DNA of 36,088 nucleotides from Gemmatimonadota bacterium (GTDB lineage Bacteria; Gemmatimonadota; Gemmatimonadetes; Gemmatimonadales; GWC2-71-9): the NCBI GenBank assembly GCA_039586365.1, contig JBDHKN010000049.1, positions 1 through 36,088 of the forward strand, written 5' to 3'. Positions 20,256 to 27,731 of the stretch are shown here, piece by piece. Within the stretch, counting starts at the first letter, position 1, and the number at the start of each line of letters is the position of its first letter. Below the pieces are notes generated by a model that saw only the letters and a program-made list of their open reading frames with translations, was not told the origin of the DNA and did not search any database. The translations under genes were made by a program, and so were the position numbers.

Positions 20256-20407
20256 TGTTCAAATCTCCTCTGTCTAAGGTTTGTCTATATTGTCGACTGC
20301 GATTGACGGCCTTTTCGAAACCGTCGATCTACTGTCCAAGATTATAGCGCGCCCCAATCAGAATGTCAAGAGGTTGTCAACCTATTAATTAGACAATAGG
20401 TCGACAA
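20256..20407 (-). promoter_or_regulatory. Consensus sigma70 promoter overlaid with CarH-type operator repeats
   Basis: Minus strand TTGACA (20369-20364), 17 bp, TATAAT (20346-20341). TnnACA pairs 11 bp apart at 20271/20282 and 20364/20375 (minus) and 20390/20401 (plus), e.g. TAGGTTGACAA, TAATTAGACAA, TAGGTCGACAA, matching nAnnTnnACAn. Confidence 0.85.
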
Positions 20408-20500
20408 TTGTTCTGGACTGCAGATATAACGGGGCCCGCGGGTGTCGCTGTGCGATGGATTGACAGGCCACTGAGGGATCAGCGACTGGCGAGGATTGGG

Positions 20501-21973
20501 CTAGCCGTACCGCTCTAAGTATTTGCTAATTTTGAATTTCCGGGCGGTGTTCTGGGAACTCATGTAGCGCACTCTGCCGAAGATCGGACGCTCCGGGGCC
20601 CAGGGACGATCGTACTTGCCGAGCACCCAGGATATGCCGCTATACGAGTTGGGGTCTCTACCGTCCAACGCATACTTATTGTTGAGTTCGATCATTATCG
20701 TGTGGGCAGTCTCGGGATCCGGCGACCACTCGAGGATCTTTTTGCCCCACAACATTCGCAGGTATCCGTGGATAGTGCCATCGAGCGTAAGTTGGTGCTG
20801 CGCGGCATTCCACAGCGGGTCGTGGGTTTCGGCTCGCTCGAATTGGTTCGGGGTGTAGAGGTAAGTGCGGATATCATGCCGGTGCGCATCGAGCGTGCTC
20901 CGTGCCCACTCCGGCAACGAACGGTAGGACTCGAAGTCAGGCGACTGAACGCAGGTATTGAAGCCTAGCTCCCTCCAGGTCACGAGTTCGTCCAAGAACG
21001 ATTCGGCGTTTTCATCTACTCCCCACCAGCCCCGACGCTGTCCTGCGGCGGCAGTTTCGATGCGGTCCGGCAGCCAACCCTGGTGGTCGAGCAGCGTCTG
21101 GACGACCTCGTACGCAGAGATGTGCCCGAAGTGGAGGTGCGGTGATAGGCCGCTAGTTGCGCCCGCCTCCGGGTGGCTTCTGAGCTCTGCGTAACGCGGC
21201 AGCTGCTCATTGATGAAGTTGCGCAGAATTCGGCGGGCCGCTGCGGACCCTCCTGGCAACACGACGGGTGGCACACTGTGGTCAAGCGGGATTCTGCTAA
21301 TGCCATCGCTGTCTTCGAGGAGCGTCTGCAAGTCCGCGCGTGGCCAACGACCCTGGATCTCGCTTGGCAGAGGGCCGCATTGCGGAAGGTGCTTTCCCTG
21401 GAGCGGCCTGGGGTTCGGAAGATCGTACAGGCAGTCCGCCAGGTGCCTGTGCAAGAAGCGCCGGAAGTGATGGGCGGACGTGAACGTCTTCGCCGGCAGG
21501 CGGAGCGGGATCAGCCCACTGGAATCGACTTTCTCCATCAGGACCGGCACCTGCGCGGCCGCCTTGGCCACCATTTTGGGAATGAAGAAAGCCGGGTAAT
21601 CATCCGTTACTATGACGCAGGCATGTTGAGCCAGTGCGGACAACAGGCCTTTCCCGGCACCCGGGGAGTCCTCCAAATAGGGGTAGTACATCACCCGGGT
21701 GCGACGTAACGCAGCGTCATTGTCGACCATTCCCTGCAGGATGAACCGGTGGATTCTGTCACTGGCCCACGGATAGTCCGACCTGAGAGCCTCGAATACC
21801 AACAGCGGACTGCTGAGTTGCTGCGCCCATGACACCGCCCGGTCGAGGCTGTGATTCCAGTGGGTGCGCCTGAATGACGTCATCCAATAGAGGACGAATG
21901 CACCACCTGGTGCTACCTGACCGGCGTTCGCTGCCGTGGTGCGTGACTGCGAACCGCTGGGCGACTCCACCAT
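20501..21973 (-). CDS. phr: Deoxyribodipyrimidine photolyase, class II CPD type
   Basis: VLYWM, SGLSPHLHFGHIS, THDPLWNAAQ, IHGYLRMLWGKKILEW, NNKYALDGRDPNSY, HDRPW-like YDRPW, IFGRVRYM. Start 21973 lies just after the carH stop. Confidence 0.94.
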   Translation of the reverse strand: MVESPSGSQSRTTAANAGQVAPGGAFVLYWMTSFRRTHWNHSLDRAVSWAQQLSSPLLVFEALRSDYPWASDRIHRFILQGMVDNDAALRRTRVMYYPYLEDSPGAGKGLLSALAQHACVIVTDDYPAFFIPKMVAKAAAQVPVLMEKVDSSGLIPLRLPAKTFTSAHHFRRFLHRHLADCLYDLPNPRPLQGKHLPQCGPLPSEIQGRWPRADLQTLLEDSDGISRIPLDHSVPPVVLPGGSAAARRILRNFINEQLPRYAELRSHPEAGATSGLSPHLHFGHISAYEVVQTLLDHQGWLPDRIETAAAGQRRGWWGVDENAESFLDELVTWRELGFNTCVQSPDFESYRSLPEWARSTLDAHRHDIRTYLYTPNQFERAETHDPLWNAAQHQLTLDGTIHGYLRMLWGKKILEWSPDPETAHTIMIELNNKYALDGRDPNSYSGISWVLGKYDRPWAPERPIFGRVRYMSSQNTARKFKISKYLERYG

Positions 21974-21984
21974 CGCTGCCGGTC

Positions 21985-22977
21985 TTACCCCGCTCCTACC
22001 GACTTTGAAGTGTTGTCCCATTCGGGGTGGGCCAGCTCCCGCAGCTTCTCGCGGAACTCCGCCAACCCAGCAACCCGTTGCGCTCCCACAGACTCCAAGA
22101 CCTTGCGATAGGACTGCGCCGCCTGGCCCCCGACTATCAGTGCAATGTCGTCGCGCAGCATCTGGCGCAGGGCTCTGAGTTCTACAACTAGCCGGGGATC
22201 GCCCGCAGGGTGGGTTATGCTGAGCGCCACGGCCCTCGCCTCGGTCTGTTCCGCCGCTCGTGCAATGTCGGATCCGGGAAGGTCCTGCCCGAGATATGTC
22301 ACGTGCCAACCGTCGAGTTGGGCGGCCGCCGCCACCAAGATCGCACCGATCTCGTGACGCTGGTGCACCGGCGTCGCCACGACTATCCGGGAGGCTCCGT
22401 TGTTCGGCTGTAGGACCGACGTGACATCAGCCAAAGTGTGTAGGACTACGCTGGAGGCCAAGTGCTCGTGACCCGGTGTCAACCGGCCTTCGCTCCAGAG
22501 TGCGCCGATCTGGTGCATGAGGGGTGTCACGACCGACTCGAGGAAGACCGACGGCTGCAATGCTATGACAGCCCTTCCGAAAGCGGACCGGAGCCAGTCC
22601 GAGTCGAGCGCTCTCACGGCGTCGAGACACTCCGCGAGCAAGACGGCAGCATCCTCCTGAGCCCGCTCCCCGGGCCCAAATTCAGCTGGGCTCACTGCCT
22701 CTCGTCTGTCCTCTTGGACCAGGTCCCGCAACTCGTCCACCTTCAAGTGCGCCAGCTGCCCGACTCGTCTGCCACCTGCCACTGCCTCCCGTATCAAGCG
22801 CAGGCGCTCGATATCGCCATCCGAATAGAGCCGCCGCCCTCCCTCGCTGCGTCCAGGGGTTACGACCGAGTAGCGCTTCTCCCAGGCCCGCAACACATCG
22901 GGCGTAAGTCCTGAGCGACGTGAGACCACCTGTATCGGATGGCGCTTCGCTTCTGAACTCTTTTGCGTGCTTTCCAT
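21985..22977 (-). CDS. carH: CarH/LitR-type MerR family regulator with cobalamin-binding domain (AdoB12 photoreceptor)
   Basis: MerR HTH (LRAWEKRY..P.RSEGGRRLYS), W-x9-EH motif (WSEGRLTPGHEH), B12-binding motif QRHEIG...YLGQDLP...VALS...IVGG. Confidence 0.9.
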   Translation of the reverse strand: MESTQKSSEAKRHPIQVVSRRSGLTPDVLRAWEKRYSVVTPGRSEGGRRLYSDGDIERLRLIREAVAGGRRVGQLAHLKVDELRDLVQEDRREAVSPAEFGPGERAQEDAAVLLAECLDAVRALDSDWLRSAFGRAVIALQPSVFLESVVTPLMHQIGALWSEGRLTPGHEHLASSVVLHTLADVTSVLQPNNGASRIVVATPVHQRHEIGAILVAAAAQLDGWHVTYLGQDLPGSDIARAAEQTEARAVALSITHPAGDPRLVVELRALRQMLRDDIALIVGGQAAQSYRKVLESVGAQRVAGLAEFREKLRELAHPEWDNTSKSVGAG

Positions 22978-22984
22978 GGTTCGA

Positions 22985-23085
22985 CCAAAGTAGGACAACG
23001 TCCAAGTAATGTCAAGATGATAAATTGGACGAACACTTGACAATCGCACGGCATCGGCGTACGTTGTTGGACATCAGTTAGACGT
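22985..23085. promoter_or_regulatory. Divergent promoters (carH-phr and fasciclin-SDR) with 11-bp-phased operator repeats
   Basis: Minus: TTGACA (23015-23010)-17-TACTTT (22992-22987). Plus: TTGACA (23037-42)-17-TACGTT (23060-65). TnGAC(A/G) pairs 11 bp apart at 22999/23010, 23026/23037 and 23068/23079. Confidence 0.8.
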
Positions 23086-23201
23086 TTGCTGGCTGGGAGG
23101 TCCGATGGTCCAGTGAAAGCTGGCTGATGACGCCACGGTTTACGCCGTCGGCCGGCCCGAGCGTCGACGCATCACTCAACCCACTCTTGGAGGCAGTAAA
23201 G

Positions 23202-23711
23202 ATGAAAGCGCGCAACATTTTTGCCAGTGCCGCTGCAATCGCCCTGATGGGGGCTGCAGCACCCACTTTCGCTCAATCGTACATGCAGGAGTCCAGGCCG
23301 GACATCGTGGAGGTTGCGACCTCCGCTGGCTCGTTCACCACGCTCGTTACCGCTCTTAAGGCAGCCGGCCTGGTCGAGGTGCTACAGGGTAAGGGCCCGT
23401 TCACCGTCTTCGCCCCCACGGATGAAGCTTTCGCCAAGCTGCCTGCGGGAACCGTAGAGGACCTGCTCAAGCCCGAGAACAAGGAGAAGCTCCAGGCGAT
23501 CCTGACCTACCACGTGGTAGCTGGTCGCGTCATGGCCAGCGACGTGGCGGGCATCAGCTCTGCCGAGACCGTGCAGGGCCAGTCACTCACCGTTTCGGTC
23601 CAGAACGGCGCGCCGATGGTTGACAACGCCAAGATCATTCAGACGGACATCGCCGCCAGCAATGGCGTGATTCACGTGATCGACAGCGTAGTAATCCCAA
23701 GCAGCAACTAG
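23202..23711 (+). CDS. Secreted single-domain fasciclin (FAS1) protein
   Basis: Signal peptide, [56 protein letters not shown] before ATG 23202. Confidence 0.95.
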   Translation: MKARNIFASAAAIALMGAAAPTFAQSYMQESRPDIVEVATSAGSFTTLVTALKAAGLVEVLQGKGPFTVFAPTDEAFAKLPAGTVEDLLKPENKEKLQAILTYHVVAGRVMASDVAGISSAETVQGQSLTVSVQNGAPMVDNAKIIQTDIAASNGVIHVIDSVVIPSSN

Positions 23712-23780
23712 TAAACTTACCATTTTGGGGGGAGGGCGCGTCCTTTGCTCTCCCTCCACCACCACAACTCTCATTGAATC

Positions 23781-25235
23781 ATGGCCACGCGCGATCTTGA
23801 ACGCCGGATACTGCTGACCGGGGCCACCGGCTACGTCGGTGGCCGACTCCTCGAAGCCCTCGAGTCGCGCGGCCTCGAGCTGAGATGCATGGCTCGTCAG
23901 CCAGAGTTCCTCCTTCCCCGGGTCGCAACATCGACTGAAGTGGTCTCGGGCGATGTCTTCGACCGCGCCTCGCTCGAGGCGGCACTACACGGAGTCCACA
24001 CCGCCTACTACCTGGTGCACAGCATGGGTGCCAAGGGGGACTTCGAGCGCGACGACCGCACGGCTGCAGCGAACTTTGCGGCTGCGGCTAGAAAAGCTGC
24101 AGTAAGACGGATCGTTTACCTCGGTGGGTTGGGGGGCGGGAGGGACCTCTCGAAGCACCTGGCGAGTCGTCAGGAAGTGGGCCGCATCCTGCGCGAGTCT
24201 GGCGTGCCGACCGTGGAGTTTCGCGCGTCGATAATAGTCGGGTCAGGCAGCTTGTCATTTGAGATGATCCGAGCACTCGTAGAGAAACTCCCCGTCATGA
24301 TCACGCCGCGGTGGGTAAGCGTCAAAGCGCAGCCGATAGCCGTTGAAGATGTCGTTGCCTATCTGGCCGGGGCGCTAGACCTCACGCACGACGAGAGTGT
24401 CGTGTTCGAGATCGGGGGATCAGATTGCGTGTCGTACGGCCACATCATGAAGGAGTACGCACGGCAACGCCGCCTGCGTCGTCTCATGATTCCGGTACCG
24501 GTTCTCACACCGGCGCTCTCGTCGCTCTGGCTTGGCCTGGTCACTCCAGTCTACGCGCGGATAGGGCGCAAGCTAGTCGATAGCCTACGCAATCCGACTG
24601 TAGTAAACGATGACTCGGCTCTGCGTGCATTCCAGCTACGTCCAATGGGGGTGGCTGAGGCGATCTCCCGTGCCCTGCAGAACGAGGACCGTGAGTTCGC
24701 ACTCACGCGTTGGTCCGATGCGGTCTCGTCTCCCGGTGTTGCCGGCACTGGAGGTGCCGGCAGCCGCTCCGGCTCCAGAATCGTGGACTCGCGCACGGCT
24801 CGGGTGGGTGTCCCGGCGAAACAGGCTTTCCGACCAGTTCGCCGGGTTGGTGGCAGCGTGGGGTGGTACTATGCTAACTGGCTATGGTGGCTGCGGGGCC
24901 TCGCGGATCTGCTAGTGGGAGGTGTTGGATCGCGCCGAGGACGCCGCCATCCTGAGTGGCTCCGTCCAGGCGACACGGTCGATTTCTGGCGGGTGGAGGC
25001 CGTGGAGCCAGACCGGCTGCTGCGTCTCCGTGCAGAGATGAAGTTACCCGGACGCGCCTGGCTGCAATTCGAGGTCGAGAATGAAGGAGCAGGTGCGAGA
25101 ATCACGCAGACAGCGGTGTTCGATCCGGTTGGACTGGCAGGTTTGCTCTACTGGTATGCTCTATATCCGATACACACGGTCATGTTCGCGGGGATGCTCC
25201 GCGCCATAGCAAGAGAGGCAACCTCGGGACAATGA
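23781..25235 (+). CDS. SDR/NAD(P)-binding oxidoreductase with C-terminal DUF2867 (YbjT-like)
   Basis: TGATGYVG, AYYLVHSM, HLASRQEVG, VGG..GWYY, DFWRVE, AEMKLPGRAWL, GLLYWY. Confidence 0.9.
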   Translation: MATRDLERRILLTGATGYVGGRLLEALESRGLELRCMARQPEFLLPRVATSTEVVSGDVFDRASLEAALHGVHTAYYLVHSMGAKGDFERDDRTAAANFAAAARKAAVRRIVYLGGLGGGRDLSKHLASRQEVGRILRESGVPTVEFRASIIVGSGSLSFEMIRALVEKLPVMITPRWVSVKAQPIAVEDVVAYLAGALDLTHDESVVFEIGGSDCVSYGHIMKEYARQRRLRRLMIPVPVLTPALSSLWLGLVTPVYARIGRKLVDSLRNPTVVNDDSALRAFQLRPMGVAEAISRALQNEDREFALTRWSDAVSSPGVAGTGGAGSRSGSRIVDSRTARVGVPAKQAFRPVRRVGGSVGWYYANWLWWLRGLADLLVGGVGSRRGRRHPEWLRPGDTVDFWRVEAVEPDRLLRLRAEMKLPGRAWLQFEVENEGAGARITQTAVFDPVGLAGLLYWYALYPIHTVMFAGMLRAIAREATSGQ

Positions 25236-25444
25236 GTCGGCGATCGCGACGCGGCAAGTCACCACCACAGGCACGCACTGAGGTTCAGTCGCATTCGGTA
25301 CTGGCCAGTGCGATTCCTGCGACGGCGTACGTTCGTCGTGCGAGACGCACCTCATCTGACTTCACTCTGGTCCCGCCAGCGCGACGGTCCTACATTGCTC
25401 GACAGTTCACATCATCACACTCCCAGCAACGGAGAGTTGTTACT

Positions 25445-26185
25445 GTGCGCTGTCGAACCCAGCTTCACCTCATCCTAGCCACTCTCACACCGCTCGCGTT
25501 TGTCACATGTGGCGGCGATTCCGAGTCGGTTCCGGAGATCTCGGCCGCCGAAGTGACCGCCGAGGTGCCCGAACTGGACGCCGTACACGAGCTGATGTAC
25601 CCGCTCTGGCACGATGCATTCCCCGACAAGGACTACGACGCGATCCGCGAGTTGGTGCCTCAGTTCGAGCCGCTGCTGGCGGCCGTGGACTCGGTGCAGC
25701 TTCCCGGCATCCTACGAGACAAGCAGGAGCCATGGGATGAAGGCAAAGTGGTGATGCTGGCCGCATTTGCGGGTCTGAAGGAGACCGCCGCAGCCGGCGA
25801 CAACGAACGCATGCTAGGGCATACGGAGGCCTTCCACATGGCCTACGAGCAACTGGTGCGGGTGATCCGGCCGGTGGTGCCCGAGCTCGCGGCCTTCCAC
25901 CAGGAACTCTACAGGCTCTATCACTACTACAACCCGACCAACGACCTAGCGAAGATCCAGGAGACGGTAGCGGCCATGGCGGACAAGATGGAGCCGCTCC
26001 GGGCCGCGACGCTGTCAGGTAGGGTGGCCGACCGTCAAGCCGATTTCGATGCGGCCGTTACAGCGCTCGGCGAACAGGTGCGCGAACTCGCACAAGCCTT
26101 GGAGACGGCGGACAGAGAGGCACTCCAGGCCGCGTTGGAGGCGGTTCACACCGCCTACATGGCCGTGGAAACACTGTTCGACTGA
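25445..26185 (+). CDS. Hypothetical helical His-rich lipoprotein with two internal repeats
   Basis: GTG start after GGAG, lipobox FVTC, repeats VPELDAVHELMYPLWH...EAFHMAY and VPELAAFHQELYRLYH...EAVHTAY. Confidence 0.75.
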   Translation: MRCRTQLHLILATLTPLAFVTCGGDSESVPEISAAEVTAEVPELDAVHELMYPLWHDAFPDKDYDAIRELVPQFEPLLAAVDSVQLPGILRDKQEPWDEGKVVMLAAFAGLKETAAAGDNERMLGHTEAFHMAYEQLVRVIRPVVPELAAFHQELYRLYHYYNPTNDLAKIQETVAAMADKMEPLRAATLSGRVADRQADFDAAVTALGEQVRELAQALETADREALQAALEAVHTAYMAVETLFD

Positions 26186-26476
26186 GTGTACTGTTTGACG
26201 CGCAACGTGTTTCCGATCGTCCTACGCCTCAACGCCGAGGTCGCTGCCCGCGCCCGCGTGTTCTGCATCGAGGTGATCTGGCTGACGCAGTCAAAGCTAT
26301 AGAGAACTGGGGGCGTAACTCGGAACCTACCTTCTGCCGTACCCGCCGAACGCGGTGATTATCAGCCTCTCGCGGGCTCGGGTCAGCCCCGTTTGCCTGG
26401 CTAACATGTCAGCGTTTCCGCTAGTGCCGCTTAGATTGCTTAGCTTGGCAGCTAACCAACGAATCGGTGGCTCGGT

Positions 26477-26503
26477 TGAATCTCTTGTTCGCGGGATTCC
26501 GTA
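26477..26503 (+). promoter_or_regulatory. Possible ECF-sigma promoter
   Basis: TGAATC-17 bp-CGTA, about 33 bp upstream of ATG 26537. Confidence 0.4.
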
Positions 26504-26536
26504 AAGCAAACAGACGCCATTTACTACAGGAGCAGT

Positions 26537-26809
26537 ATGCCACCTGATGTACTTGGGGGCCTTGTTGGGGTCTTGGGAACGGTTAGCCTCGGGATACTCG
26601 TGCTCGTGGGCATGAGAATGCGTTTCACCCACAAGATGCAGGGCCAGAATAGAACCAAGGAGTTCGAGCAGATCACGGATGCCCTGGACGCGCTGCACGA
26701 GCAGACCCACTTGCTCCGCGAGGATGTCTCAGAGTTGCAGGAACGTCTCGATTTCCATGACCGGCTGCTGACCCAGCCGAGACATGAGCGGGTGGACACG
26801 CCGGCATAG
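26537..26809 (+). CDS. Small membrane-anchored coiled-coil protein (PspB-like architecture)
   Basis: AGGAG RBS, N-terminal TM helix, heptad segment ending ELQERLDFHDRLL. Confidence 0.75.
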   Translation: MPPDVLGGLVGVLGTVSLGILVLVGMRMRFTHKMQGQNRTKEFEQITDALDALHEQTHLLREDVSELQERLDFHDRLLTQPRHERVDTPA

Positions 26810-26942
26810 TCACTGGGTCCGGGCGGCGAGTTGGCTACACAATGATGCAGTGGAGTTCGGACGGCACACCCGTGATGGCTAGCTACCGCGATATACCCGA
26901 ACTCTGGACAGATCGATTGCGGAACGAGGTATCCGGGAGCAG

Positions 26943-27105
26943 CATTCACTGCGGCGCAAGTTCGCGAGTGAGCTGAAGCACACGCCGCTCAAGGATCTGT
27001 GTGAGCTGGGAGGTTGGAGAGACCCTCAGACTGTGCTGAAGTCCTACCAGCGGCCCGATGAGCACACAATGCGCGAGCGCACTGAAGCATCGGAAGGCAC
27101 TCTGA
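26943..27105 (+). pseudogene. C-terminal relic of a tyrosine recombinase/phage integrase
   Basis: Hand translation HSLRRKFASELKHTPLKDLCELGGWRDPQTVLKSYQRPDEHTMRE contains H-x-x-R, LGGW and the catalytic Tyr. In-frame TAG at 26880 and no start codon; probable frameshift before ALKHRKAL*. Confidence 0.85.
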
Positions 27106-27112
27106 GGCCCCG

Positions 27113-27135
27113 AACCGACAGCAAAACCGACAGCA
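27113..27135 (+). repeat. Direct repeat AACCGACAGCA x2 (12-bp period), candidate integrase arm-type sites
   Basis: Copies at 27113 and 27125, lying between the integrase relic and the tRNA 3' end. Confidence 0.65.
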
Positions 27136-27193
27136 GACCGGCAAGCTAAACCCCGCCCAAACAGTAAGTTCAAGCAGGGCAATAAGTTAACCA

Positions 27194-27267
<74 letters not shown>

Positions 27268-27480
27268 TCGTACAGAACCTAATGTAGCGACCGAAGCGCC
27301 GCGGTAAAGCCAAGCCCCTTCGACACCAATTCCGCCCCCACCTCACCACCGCATCATCAGCGCCAGCCACCGGGTTTCGACATCCGGCAAGTGCCACCCA
27401 TGGCGCCGAGCTAGGGCAGTTCGTTGGTTCATGCCGCCCACCGCCGGGCTGGGCGGTGTGCGGTTTGGCTGCCCGCCTAC

Positions 27481-27690
27481 CTACTCCCACTCAGCCGGTT
27501 GACGACCGTGCCGCGGCTCGTCATCCAGCTCGAACTCCTCCTCGAACTCGTCGTACTCGTCCTCGTAGGCCTCATCCTCGTCATCGTACACGCCTTCGTC
27601 GTCTTCTTCGACGTCGTAGCCGTCTTGCCATTCGTCATCATCAATACGCTGGTCGATCAAGGGCAAGAGCGACGATTCCCAGGACAACAT
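27481..27690 (-). CDS. Small, extremely acidic protein (69 aa)
   Basis: GGAGG RBS 5 nt before ATG; co-oriented 41 bp downstream of typA; 32 of 69 residues are D/E. Confidence 0.75.
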   Translation of the reverse strand: MLSWESSLLPLIDQRIDDDEWQDGYDVEEDDEGVYDDEDEAYEDEYDEFEEEFELDDEPRHGRQPAEWE

Positions 27691-27731
27691 GGTATCCTCC
27701 GAAACTCCTCTTAGTAGAGTGGGACTCTGCG

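Noticed and set aside
21974..22309. N-terminal extension of the photolyase in the ORF track (apparent overlap or fusion with carH)
   Set aside because: Photolyase similarity starts only after 21973; the extension is an alternative frame of carH
25232..25444. N-terminal extension of the lipoprotein ORF overlapping the SDR stop
   Set aside because: Signal peptide and lipobox position imply a GTG start at 25445
1..26940. Second att copy (duplicated tRNA-Ile 3' end) delimiting an island
   Set aside because: Not found by eye in this window, so the island's far boundary cannot be called
27424..27714. Plus-strand highly hydrophobic 96-aa ORF
   Set aside because: L/V/F richness is the expected mirror of GAN codons of the acidic minus-strand ORF, which has the RBS
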